Positions 1-11,900 of a stretch of 64,000 bases of DNA are shown one piece after another. Source of the stretch: Halocafeteria seosinensis. Lineage: Eukaryota. Position 1 is the first letter of the stretch. Every line of letters begins with the position of its first letter. The stretch lies in assembly GCA_001687465.1 (NCBI GenBank), contig LVLI01001229.1, positions 1 to 64,000 of the forward strand, in the 5' to 3' direction. The notes below the pieces were generated by a model, which saw nothing but the letters and a program-made list of their open reading frames with translations, did no database searches and was not told where the DNA came from. The position numbers and the translations under genes are program-made.

Positions 1-508
1 ACCGTGGCATCCCGGTTTCTTCTCTCACAATCTCTCTTCATGCGAATTAAAAGCGTGAAATCACCGGCATCAGCACATCATCGCCAAAGGACCACCTGCG
101 GGGCCATGCTAAACCACTAAACTCTTCGCACGTTTCAGGCACCTATCGTACTGCGCGATTGTACACAATATCTCCTTCTGTACCGTCCCTGTTGTAGGAT
201 TACAACTCGACCCCGAAAACCGAAATGTAGTCTGAGTGAGTTTGCCCCGAGTAGACGGACGAAACACTATCCCGTCTATGAACAATACTGCAGGTCCGTT
301 GCCAGACATGTTCTCTTACTTGCCTAAATTGTTAAGATGCGGATTCCTCTACTGTCCACTGAGAACGAAAGCCCACCACACTTGCTAATATAAGGAATCC
401 ATCGAGTTGCCAACGCGCCTTCCAGGAGTGGTCCAAAATCATCCCCCTACACTCTCATACACGCTCCTGCAACATTTGAACACATCACCATATGAAACTT
501 CAACAAAA

Positions 509-2809
509 ATGGAGAGCATCCTCCTTATTTCCACAATATACATTCTATCAAACCCTCCATATGTCGGTCCTAATTTTCTCCTTGAAGTTGCATGGATAGG
601 CCCAGCCTTCCTGTCCGTGGAATTTCGGGCGGCCCGGGGCGGGTCGGGAACCTCCCCCGGAAGCCCCCGAAAAAAAAATCACAATTTGTCCGAAGGAATG
701 CTTCCGAATCCAAGCGCTCGTGGAATTGACTCTTTCCTGAATGCTACTCAATTTTCAGACTCGAGCACTAGTGGCTACATGACTAATGGGATAGATGCAT
801 CTCGGGAATCATCTTTATCATTTGTTGCGGCTGGTGCTAGTGGAGGAGAAAGAGAGCGCCTTGTACAATCCTCGTGCTCGTGGTGGCAGAGAGCCGTTGA
901 GCAGGTTTCCATCCAGAAATCCAAGTACATGTGTTATAACAATACGAAAGTGGAGATGTTGTGTTCTATCCGATACTCGAAAGAGTCTGAGAAGATGTCT
1001 GCTGGTGTTGATGAGCAAAGATCCAGTTTCTTGGAGGGAGAAAAGTCAGGAGCGCTGCCGGCAACCGCAAAGCAATGCAATTCATTCGTCCATGCAGCTG
1101 CACCAGGACAACAAGAGAAGACTGAAGCGAATCTTTCGAGGTTGTGTCTTCTCCTGATAAGTGGAATTATGACATTCATCATCGGCCGACACAGAAAGAG
1201 GACGGAGAACAGGATTCCAGCCTCTCGATGGCAAAGGAAGAATGCGTTTATGCACTCTAATACAACAACGCTTTTGTTGCTCTGGAGTATCGTTTCGAGC
1301 ATAGCATTCTTCGTTGTATCGAAAGCAGCCGACTTGAGAGAGAGCATCACGAAGAATCAAGAACCATGCTTCAAGTTTCTCCCTGGACGGAGACTCTTTC
1401 AGTTGAACTGCAGCATATTGGAATGGAGAACTAAGTATGCACCTGAGGACCACATTTCTTTGGGTGTAAATGAGACATTCGACGGGGAAGGAAGGAACAA
1501 CCTCATTGACTTGAGTGATGTCACGAACTTCGAAGGCTTATTCACTGTCCTGCACGATGTCTCCTCATTTGCCGAAGCACCAATCATTAGAAATGTACAT
1601 GTCAGGAACGGAACAACCGCCCGAAATGGTAGTTTTATCGTTCAAAGCTCGCAGAAGTTCTTTGTGGTGGATTCATGTAGTTCAACGGGTATAATTGCAA
1701 AGGAAGGAGCGGGAGGTATATGCGGTTCATACTGTGGCCGCCAATATGGTAGGATCAAGATTTTGAACTCATATTCGACAGGGGACATCGAAGGTGAGCT
1801 ATCAGGTGGGATTGCAGGGCATAGTGTAGGATCTAGGAACGGGGTTGCTCATATATCGCGCTGTCATTCCACGGGAACCATCAAGGCCTCCAATGCAGGC
1901 GGAATCTGCGGACACCGCGCAGGAGCTACCTATGGTGAAATGCATATAACCCAGTCGTATTCGACGGGCGATATTCTTGAAGGTGTCTCCTTTAGTGGTG
2001 GAATTGTTGGTCCCAATGCGGGACATACTCACGGTTTTACGTTCATCACAGAATGCTATAGTGTGGGGAAAATGTCTGCGAAGAAGAGTGGCGGAATTAG
2101 TGGAGGCCATGATGCCGAGGCTCGAGGTGAAGTACACATTACAGATTGCTACAGTCGAGGAGCTGTTGGTGGCGAAAGAGCTGGAGGTATCACTGGATCG
2201 AGCGTAGGCGGCCAAGAAGGCAGGGCCACTGGTAGTGTCTTCATTGCAAACACCTATGCCTCAGGGGATTTCCTCACCACCGAGGTGGCTGGCGGGATTA
2301 TAGGACATATACTCGGTGGAGCCACGGGAAACATTCAAGTCAATTACTCTGTTCATAATGGTGCTGCCCAATTAGTAGGTGAAGATCCGGGAGATAATCT
2401 GAATGCTACTGGGAATTCTGACAACCTTACAGATATTCGAGGTAGGCTTTATGAATACGGAGGAGGGCAACAGTGGAGCGACCGTATTTGGGCAGTTTCC
2501 GGGAGTGACGAATTTCCTATCCTTCGCTTTCAACTACCAGACCATTCATCGACTCCTACAGCGTCGCTCGCGCCAACGGCCTCGCATTTGACTTCGCCAT
2601 TTAGCACGGAAGTTGCCTCTGTCTCACCGAGCGTCTCTAGATCTCCTATCCTTGGAAGCTTTCCACCCACCGTCCCCTCAAGGGGCAATTCCTCCTCAGG
2701 CACGGAAGATAACATGGTAAGAGAACCTCAACGTCGGATAGCAAATTTTCGGACGAAAGAGCGCGATCTGAGAATCCCCATGCGTCGAGCTGAATGCAAG
2801 AGAGAATAA
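509..2809 (+). CDS. Secreted/surface GLUG-like beta-helix repeat protein (family member G1: leader - G module - Ser/Thr/Pro tail); start codon uncertain
   Basis: Stop-free ORF 407..2809, first ATG 509; later ATGs at 779, 995 and 1250 are also plausible. Hydrophobic segments precede DLRESI..CF (1331). About 26-aa Gly-rich repeats of the type xIxxCYSTGxIxxxxGGIxGxxAG end in W....W......PILRFQ (~2533), followed by an S/T/P tail. Same module as in the ORFs at 41.9, 45.4, 52.7 and 63.5 kb. No introns needed. Confidence 0.8.
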   Translation: MESILLISTIYILSNPPYVGPNFLLEVAWIGPAFLSVEFRAARGGSGTSPGSPRKKNHNLSEGMLPNPSARGIDSFLNATQFSDSSTSGYMTNGIDASRESSLSFVAAGASGGERERLVQSSCSWWQRAVEQVSIQKSKYMCYNNTKVEMLCSIRYSKESEKMSAGVDEQRSSFLEGEKSGALPATAKQCNSFVHAAAPGQQEKTEANLSRLCLLLISGIMTFIIGRHRKRTENRIPASRWQRKNAFMHSNTTTLLLLWSIVSSIAFFVVSKAADLRESITKNQEPCFKFLPGRRLFQLNCSILEWRTKYAPEDHISLGVNETFDGEGRNNLIDLSDVTNFEGLFTVLHDVSSFAEAPIIRNVHVRNGTTARNGSFIVQSSQKFFVVDSCSSTGIIAKEGAGGICGSYCGRQYGRIKILNSYSTGDIEGELSGGIAGHSVGSRNGVAHISRCHSTGTIKASNAGGICGHRAGATYGEMHITQSYSTGDILEGVSFSGGIVGPNAGHTHGFTFITECYSVGKMSAKKSGGISGGHDAEARGEVHITDCYSRGAVGGERAGGITGSSVGGQEGRATGSVFIANTYASGDFLTTEVAGGIIGHILGGATGNIQVNYSVHNGAAQLVGEDPGDNLNATGNSDNLTDIRGRLYEYGGGQQWSDRIWAVSGSDEFPILRFQLPDHSSTPTASLAPTASHLTSPFSTEVASVSPSVSRSPILGSFPPTVPSRGNSSSGTEDNMVREPQRRIANFRTKERDLRIPMRRAECKRE

Positions 2810-2930
2810 AAGTAGCTGAGCCCCTTACCAAATAATTAGTTGTTTCCTTGGACGCGAACATACGGCTGTTTGAGTAAATTCTCAACGCTTGTCCTTTTTT
2901 CGTTTCATCCTGTCAGTCCATTCCGAACTG

Positions 2931-3615
2931 TTATTCCATAGGGAGAAATGAAGGATCGAACGCAAGTGGCAGTGTGGACTTTGCGGGACAAGAAGGCGGG
3001 AATGTGTATACGGTATCACTCAGTGCTACTCCACCGGGAATATTATGGGCTCTGGCCGACATGGTGGAGGAATTGTGGGACCAAATGCGGGGCAAAGGCA
3101 TGGCATAGTGGCTATTGAGCAGTGCTACAGCACGGAGGAAATAGCACAAGAAGTAAGTGGCGGGATACCGGGAGGCCATGAAGCGGAAATTTTGATAGGG
3201 TGCTTATCAGTAATTCCTACACTCGAAAGGGGAGGGGGAGATATACGGTATATGTATATACCATTTACATATACCAGGAGGCATCTTAGGAACTGAACAA
3301 CTGGGTTCTGCAACGGGTAGTGCGTGCGGTTACTAGTAATCTATATGGCCCAGTAGCTGCAGATGAAGCCGGTGGAATCTTGGATTTTATACTCACGGAG
3401 GGGAGTGGTACAATTGCTGTCAGTTACTCAGTGTACGACAATGGTGGTCCGGATTCATCACTATCCACGAAGCAATTTGGTTACACGCCATTCAGGGAAT
3501 TTGGATAGTATTCGGGGCCGGTTGACAAATTTGAGGGAATCCAGCGCTGGAGTGATGAGATCTGGACTGTATGAGGCGACGACGTACCCATTTTGCGGTT
3601 TCGGCTCTCAGGGCA
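2931..3615 (+). pseudogene. Degenerate partial copy of the G (GLUG-like) module, tandem to G1
   Basis: Fragments in shifting frames match the C-terminal half of G1: GGGIVGPNAGQRHGIVAIEQCYST..SGGIPGGHEAE, AGGILDFILTEGSGTIAVSYSVY, HSGNLDSIRGRL, QRWSDEIWTV*GDDVPILRFRL. Frameshifts, an in-frame stop, and no N-terminal part. Confidence 0.75.
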
Positions 3616-4141
3616 TCTATGCTCCAGCCCACAGGAGCGAGAACCAAAATATTGTGACCGCTCCCAGGTCGGATAGATAGCTACGGAGCTTGTCGAAACA
3701 ATGCATATGACATATGTAAGAGTGTACCAGATTAAATAAATCCTCAGCGTGTGACATGCTGGGTTGTTCCCATCCAAACTGCCCTCTTACACACTTGTAC
3801 TTGCAAAAGCTCCAGAAAATACAGGCACAGCCCACACAGCCAGTGTTTCTGACTTCTTTTTGTACGTCTGCAAGGTGTAAATCTTAGCTAGTTGACTGGT
3901 GACTTCTTAAGTTTCCATTGTTCCTTTTTTCAGGGACGCGAATCTGCTGTACAGTGCCATTGCTCTCGGCCCAAATAAAAAAGTCGAAGATGACGGGTCC
4001 CTAAGGTAGGGAGTTTTGTTGGGAACTCCGGTGTGGGGCAGAGAATGCGTAATCATATCAATGTTCAGGGAGGAAATGGGAGGTTCTATTAAACTGTTGC
4101 AAAAGTTTGCCTGACTCCTGTGTTGATTGCAAACTGGTCAC

Positions 4142-4370
4142 GTATCACCCGCGAGACTAAAGTTCGGTGGTGGATTGGTGAAGTCGTCATAATCGACCTT
4201 GAAGACATTATGAAAATCAATGACCACAGTACGCCGTTGAAGGGCGTCATCCACGTTATCAAAATCCGGCAAACTGTACATGTCACGTGAAGTACGGTCA
4301 AAATTTTTTTATATTTTGTGTTTTTATATTTTTTTTTGTATTTTAGAATTTTTAGTCTCCCGGGTGATAC
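4142..4370. mobile_element. 229-bp non-autonomous TIR element (MITE-like) with a 4-bp TSD (TCAC)
   Basis: Left end GTATCACCCGCGAGACTAAA (4142-4161) is the reverse complement of right end TTTAGTCTCCCGGGTGATAC (4351-4370) with 1 mismatch in 20. TCAC flanks both ends (4138-4141, 4371-4374). A paralogous empty site lies at ~4725-4755. Internal T-rich tract at 4304-4350. Confidence 0.75.
4201..4298 (-). pseudogene. Fragment resembling a D5-family/SF3 primase-helicase (motif C to arginine finger)
   Basis: Minus strand reads TVLHVTC, then after a 1-nt frameshift SLPDFDNVDDALQRRTVVIDFHNVF. Restoring one A gives HVTCNSLPDF. This matches the D5-type pattern hhhxxN-xP-xF-xxxDxAhxRRhxhhxFxxxF. Confidence 0.55.
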
Positions 4371-5980
4371 TCACGCGAGTCGCGCCTGAAGCGTTTGCGA
4401 GCTCAAGCAACGGGGCGTGGGTGATTCCTCCCCAATGCATGAATGCCAGGTATTTGAATAAGTTTGGATCGATCAATTGAAACAATCATGCACAACCACA
4501 TCACATTCAACCCCCTGCAACGGACATAATAAAGTATCTGTCAACTGAGCACTTTTCCGTCTTCAATGTAGTTCACTTGATGAATTCCGGAGTCTTCTTG
4601 GCCCACTGAGAGCAGCAAGAACGTGTCTCCTTGAGTGACGAAAGGTAACCAATGACGAAGTCCATAAACTGCTGATAGGAGTGATTCCCCCAAACATCTA
4701 TATTAACCAGACTCTTGTACAAACTGCAAACTGGCCACGTAAGGCCGGCCTGAAGTGTTTCCAGAGCTCAAGCAACAGGGCGTCTCCTTCCTCCCCAGTG
4801 CCCGCCATTCATACATGTACACCCATGGTTAAATCCCAGGAATTCATGAATACCAGGTATTTGAATAAGCTTGGACTGATCGATTGAAACAACCATCCAC
4901 AACCTCATCACATTCAGCCCCCTGCCACGGGGGCACACAAACGATGGGACTAGTGCGGAATTGTTGGTTGTTGACTCACACACTCCCCACGCACGTAAGG
5001 AGGAAACTTTATATACATAGTTGGTATTCACTTCAATTCAATTCAGTGTTGTGTCCATTCACTGATCACATCGTCCCAAATCGCCGAATTGCCTGTACGA
5101 ATGAATCACTGGAACTGTCTTACCTGCACTTGAAAGAATGGATCCAATTGTTGCCAGTCCATTTACAAGGATACTTTGCGGGTCTGTATGTATGAATTCA
5201 TCCCCTAGAACGAAGGCCCTAAGTGGCGCTAAAGCGACGGTTCCAGAGTCCTGGGTCCCTCGTCGCTGACGGTGGAACTGCACACCCTGACTCGCTTACG
5301 AAATGTGTACCAAGCCGACTCACACAGTGGATAAGTTGTAAAGACGAAGTTATCTTTTGCGTGGTGAGCATTCAAAGAATCATCGACTCTTAATGCAGCA
5401 AACTGTTTCCCGTTTTACTCACGGGTTTGGATGTAAGTATGCTGCATTCTTGACATGCAGAATGCGGATCATATACAAATATTTAACGCCTTCTCCCACG
5501 ATAAGCAGCCTTTCAATATCATCCAAGTCGATGATACGCTTACAAAATTCTCCTCGCCTCGCTGCGGACATGTGGAAAAGAAGTCTGTTTTGCAAGGCAT
5601 TACTGTATTCCACAATCAGCTTCGAAGGCATTGTTGTTGCTGTAGCTTTTACCTTGTGCGAGTGGCCAGTGGCAGGAGGCTTCCTTCCCCGCCCAGGGTT
5701 CCCGAATTTACGTTGGCGTCAGGAAGTCGTAAAGGTCGCAAAACACCATATCCAAGCAAATATACATAGTTAAACAATTTCGAGAGCATGGTTTGTTCAG
5801 ATGATGCTTGGGACACTTTTTTTTATTCAAGTGAATCATGCATGAAGACCGACAACGGAGGGAATGGAATGAGGGAAGCGACGTCGTGGTCCGCCTTCTT
5901 GCCAGTTGTTCGCACGCACGTCCAGCCAACTCCTTAACTAACAAGGCGCTATTCTACAACCACAGGGACACCCAGTCGTG

Positions 5981-8900
5981 ATGGAGGCTCGTGCGCGAGA
6001 ATACGTGGAGCAAGCGTCGGAATCGGGTGGTCAGGGACGCTATGAGGAGGCTCTGAAATACGCCAACAAGGCTCTGATTATTCCAGGAATCGACCCCGAT
6101 GTGAAATTCGACGGCTTGGTGTACAAAGCCATTGCATTGTATAATTTGGACCGGAACGAGGAGGCGATCGATTATTTCAGTCAAGCGTTGGAAATTCGCC
6201 CCGAGGACACGGATGTCTTGAGTGCCAAAGGCATGGCGTTCGAGAGCTTGGGACGCTTCCAAAGAGCCGTTGAATGTTACGATACCGTGCTGGAACTGAA
6301 TTCGGAGGATTTGGGTGCTTTAGGAAACAAGGGTAACTCTTTGCGGTGTTTGGGTCGAAATGAAGAGGCGATCGAGTATTATGATAAAGTCTTAACGCTG
6401 GTTCCCGAAGATGCCTTGGCTCGGAATAACAAAGGACTGGCGCTGGAGAACCTGAACCGAAACCAGGAAGCGCTTCAGTGTTACAATGAAACTTTGACCC
6501 TCGAACCCGATTACGCTGCGGCACTCAATAATAAAGGCAATGTTCTACAGAACATGGAACGGTACGAAGAAGCGATTGGATGCTATAATCGAGCCATGGA
6601 TATCCAACCAGATGATCCAGTGGCCTATATTAATAAGGGAACGACATTCCGAGCTCTCAATCGGGTGGAAGAAGCCATTGAATGTTATAACAAGGCTGCC
6701 GGATTTAGTTCGGATAGGGATCGAGCATTACATTACAAAGGCAATGCTCTAAGCTACCTGGGTCGGCATGAAGAAGCTCTCGCCTGTTACAATGAAGCAA
6801 TTGAACTACAACCTGAGAACGCTGAAGTTCTTGCTAACAAAGGGGATGCTCTCAAGACTCTCGGAAGAGATGAAGAAGCCGTAAACTGTTTCGACAAGGC
6901 AATCGAATTGCATCCGGATGATGCTCGGTCTCTTAACAATAAAGGACTAGCACTGAAGGACTTGGGTCGAGCGGATGAAGCTCTTGAGTGTTATAACAAG
7001 GCATTAGAGCTCCGACCTGACTTCGCAACAGCGCTTAGCAACAAAGGAGTGGCACTTACGGCACTCAGAAGATATGAAGAGGCGATAGAGCTGTTTGATA
7101 AAACCTTGGGGATTGAGTTCGAAGATGCACTGGCTTTGGCCGATAAGGGTAATGCTCTGAGGGACTTGAATCGGCTGGAGGAAGCCATTGAGTGCTATGA
7201 CAAATCCCTTCAACTCAATCCGCAAAATGCGGATGCACTCTGCGACAAAGGAACTGCACTATTCAAATTAGAACGGAGAGAGGAAGCAATTGAATGCTAC
7301 GACGCAGCCCTGGGGCTCCAGCCCGAGAACTCCGAGGCGCTAAAGTCTAAAGGGCACGCTTTGTATGCGCTAGACAGGAATAGAGAGGCAATAGAGTGCT
7401 ACACAAAAGCTCTCAAACTTCACCCAAATTATGGCGATGCGTTACGCAACAAAGGAAATGCTCTAAAGAAACTGTCCCGGTATGAAGAAGCTATTGAGAC
7501 TTATGACAGCGCTATTGCTACTGGTAACGTCGATGCGGAAACGTTTTACAATAAAGGGGCATCACTCGAATGTCTTGAGCGTGATGAAGAAGCTCTAGAA
7601 TGCTATGATAAAGCTGTCGAACTCGACGACACCTATTTTGATGCTCATTACAGAAAAGGGTACCTCTCGAAGAAGCTTGAGAAAACAGAAGATGCGATCT
7701 CCTCTTTTGATAACGCGCTTCATATCAACGGAGATGATGTCAATGCTTTGGATCATAAGGGAAAAGCGCTTCAAAAAGTAGGCAGATACGAAGAAGCTGT
7801 AGAATGTTTCGACAAGGTAATTGAACTACAGCCAGAGAACAGCGAAACGCATTGCAATAGAGCACTTGCGGCGGTTGCGCTTGATAGGAAGGAAGAAGCG
7901 GTGAAATCCTTTGATAAGACCCTCCAAATTCAACCCGACAATATAATCGCATTGTTGGGCAAAGCAGACGCATTGAAGGATCTAGAGCGGAATGAGGAAG
8001 CTGTAAAGTGCTACGAAAAGGTACTTGAGCGCCAGGTAGGGGACAAGCAGGTGTTCCGAAATAAAGGGATAGTGTTACGTCGGCTCAAGAGGAACAAGGA
8101 TGCCTTGACATGTTATGATGATGTACTTGAACAAGACCCTCAGGATATCTTCATCCTGACGGAAAAGGGACATGCCCTACGTTCGGTTAGGAAATTTGAT
8201 CAGGCTATCGAATGTTACGATGGTGCCCTAGAGCTTGACAGCGATTACTACAATGCATTGATTGGGAAGGCGTATGCGCTTTCTCAAAATGCTTCGAATA
8301 AAGAAGCGCTGAAACTGTTTAATAGGTCAGTCAAGTTAAGTCCCGAAGATTCTAATGCTTTTTATGGCAAAGGGGTGGCACTTAGAAACCTTGAGAGGCA
8401 TGAAGAAGCAATAGCTTGTTTTGACAAAGCATTGGAAATCCAAACACAATTTCTTGATGCTTTGCACAATAAAGGCAATTGCCTTAGGGACCTAAGTCGG
8501 CATGAAGAAGCTATCGATTATTATGATAAAGTGCTGGAAGTGAACCCAAAGCACGTAAACGCTCTCAAGAATAAAGGATTATGCCTTTGGAATCTCCACC
8601 AAAATGATAAAGCCATTGAATGTTACGACCGGGCGCTCGAGATAAATCCTGAGTACGTACATATACTGAACAATAAGGGGAACGCATTAAAAAATCTTGG
8701 CCGAAACGAAGAAGCGATAGCCTGCTACGATAAAGCCATACAACTTCAGCCCAACTACGCAAGCGCTTTCAATAATAAAGGGCTAGCTCTTGAGAGTCTA
8801 GGTTGCAGCCAGGATGCTATCGAGTGTTATGATAAGGCGGTTGAATTACAACCGGACTTTAGTCGAGCGCTTTCTAACAAAGGAGTAGCGCTTGCCTCCC

Positions 8901-11900
8901 TTGGAATGAACGAAGAAGCTCTAGAGGTGTTCGACAGGACCCTGGAAGTTAAACCCGACGACATCGTCACATTAATCGACAAAGGAAACGCCCTTAGGGA
9001 TCTGAACAGAACCGATGAAGCATTCGAGTATTATGACAAAGCTCTCAAACTCCAACCGGCAAATCCTTATGCGTTCGTCTGTAAAGCGACAGCACTAAGC
9101 AGAGCTAATCGGCATGTGGAAGCTATTACAAATTATAGCAAAGGGATAAACCTTCGATCCGACGACGCATTCGCTATTCACGGTATGGGCGCTGCGCTGA
9201 AAAGCCTTGGTAGGTTGGAAGAGGCCATGGAATGTTATGATAGAGCCATCGAAATACAACCGGATTACATTGGTGCTCTCCAAAGCAGAGCGAATTGCTT
9301 AAGGGACCTTGAGCAATATGAAGATGCCATTGAAGGTTATGACAAGGTTCTTTCTCTCGATCCGCAGCATACCAATGCACTTACAAACAAAGGACTAGCA
9401 CTTTGGAATGTGTTCCGTAACGAAGAAGCCGTCCAGTGCTATGATCGAGTTCTACGGCAACAGCCAAATTCGTTGAGTGTGCTAGGAGCTAAAGGCATGG
9501 CTTTGGAAAGCTTAAAAAGATACGAGGAGGCTTTGGTCTGCTACAACAAGGCTTTGAAGATTGAGTCAAAAGAAATGGGAGCTTTGGGTAATAAAGGCAA
9601 TTGTTTAAGTAATTTGGAAAGGTATGAGGAAGCTATCAAATGTTACGACGAGGTGCTTGAAATCGATCCACGAAACATCCTTGCGCTTAACAACAAAGGG
9701 ATCGCACTGGAGAGTCTGGAACGATACGAAGAGGCTCTTAACTGCTATGATGAGACACTAGAGCTTGAGCCCGGATTTTCGGCCGCTTTCCGCAACAAGG
9801 GCAGCACTCTTATGAATTTGGGTAGAAACGAGGAAGCCATTGCATGCTTCGACGGAGCACTAGGTTTACAACCTGACTTTTCGTCCGCAATGCGAGAAAA
9901 GGGAGATGCATTGGGGACTCTAAACCGCGATGAAGAGGCAATTGAGTGCTACAACCGAGCTCTCGAGTTAAATAGAAAAGATTCCAACGCCCTGATAAAC
10001 AAAGGAAGGACGCTTTCCAAGTTGGGGAAAAGTAAAGAAGCCATAAAATGTTTTGATAAAGCAGTTAAATCAGGTTTAGATCCAGGGAAGGCGTTGCTAC
10101 ATAAAGGGGTGCATCTACGGCATCTCAGCAGAAGCGACGAGGCAGTAGAATGCTTCGGTGCTGCTTTGGGGTTTTATCCTGAATCGACTAAAATTTTCCT
10201 CGAAAAGGCTCATGCACTGAGAGATCTGCGTCGCTATGAATCCGCAATAGGGTGCTACGACGTAGTGCTGGCTGAAAACTCTGACATCGCTGATGCGTGG
10301 AGCGGTAAAGGTAGTGCACTTCGTGGTCTGGGCATGAATCAGGAAGCTCTTGCTTGCTACGAGGAAGCACTCTCATTGGAGCCTGCTGACGGTCATTTTT
10401 ACCACAATAAAGGATGTGCTCTTAGGGATTTATGTCAGAACGAAGAAGCTCTTGAATGTTACAATAAGGCATTAGAGTTACAACCAGTCTCGGCTGAGAC
10501 CCTCCGCAATAAAGGAACCGTGCTCATTGCCCTAAACAAGAACGAACAGGCGAATGACTTTTTAGATCAGGCGCTTGAGCTCGAGCCAAATGATTATATC
10601 GCGTGGACTGAAAAGGGAAACGCACTGAGAAATTTAAACCTCACCAGTGCGGCTATCAAATGTTATGACAAGGCAATTGAACTGGATCCGCACTCACCTC
10701 ATGCGTTCAATGGAAAAGGCAACACGTTTATCGATTTGCATAAGTACGACGAAGCTCTGAGGAATTACAATAAAGCTCTCAAAATTAAACCCGATTACAT
10801 CGAAGCGATAAACAACAAAGGACACGCTTTAAGAGGGCTGCATCGATACGAGGAAGCTATTGAGTATTATGATCGAGCGTTAAAGACCGCACCGGATAAT
10901 ACAGACAGTTTGATTGAGAAAGGAACTACATTATGCGAGCTTGTTCGCTATGACGAAGCCATAAAGTGCTACGACAGAGTCCTTGATATTCAACCGGATA
11001 ACGTTGACGCCTTTCTCAGGAAAGCGAATACTCTTAAGAACATTGGGCGAAATGAAGAAGCCATCGCATGCTATGACTCTGCGCTGGAACTGGAACCAGA
11101 CAATCAGAATGTGTTGAACGGGAAAGGAAGCACGCTCAAGAATCTCAACAAGAACGAGCAGGCAATCCTTTGTTACGATAAGGTGCTTCAGCATGTACCA
11201 GATAACGTCATCGCGCTTCGCAACAAAGGCAATGCTCTCGAAAAGTTACACCGGTACGAGGAAGCTATAACGTGCTACGATAACTTACTCAGCTATCATC
11301 CTGAAAGCGCTAGTACTTTAGTCGATAAGGGAATTACATTAAGCGCCGTCGGTCGGGACGAAGAAGCAATCTCGTCCTATGATGAAGCGCTTGTACTTCA
11401 GCCGAAGGACACGCGGACCTTGATACTGAAGGGGACATCACTCCAAAGACTCAAGCGTTGGGAAGAAGCTGTCCACTGTTATGACCAGATCCTGGAATTG
11501 CAATCCGACGAAATCGATGCCTTGAAGAATAAAGCCGATGCGCTGAGAAACTTGAATAGGAATAAGCAAGCTATAGCACATTATGATAAAGTACTAGTGA
11601 TTCAATCTGACCATTGGGACGCCATTTGTGGCAAGGGACTGGCGCTGAAGAAGTTGGATCGTGACGAAGAAGCGATTGAATGTTTCGACGAAGCACTGGG
11701 ATTAGAGGGAGATTCCGCTTTGGCATACCGTTACAAAGGTGACACGTTGACAAAGATGAATAGAGCTGAGGAAGCACTGGAGTGCTATGATAAGGCGCTA
11801 TCCTTGCAGCCTGACGATGTCATGGCCTATATGGGCACCGCCACTGCTCTACGAAGCCTGAACAGGACAGACGAAGCTATTGATTGTTATGATAGGGTAA

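Larger units (their letters stand above)
4110..4930 (+). repeat. Degenerate direct duplication: copy 1 ~4110-4523 (interrupted by the TIR element), copy 2 ~4707-4930
   Basis: Shared blocks TGCAAACTGGyCAC, GCCTGAAGyGTTT, GAGCTCAAGCAAC, CATGAATrCCAGGTATTTGAATAAG, TTGAAACAA and CATCACATTCArCCCCCTGC. The offset is 364 bp (4384 vs 4748); copy 2 has an extra ~40 bp. Confidence 0.8.
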
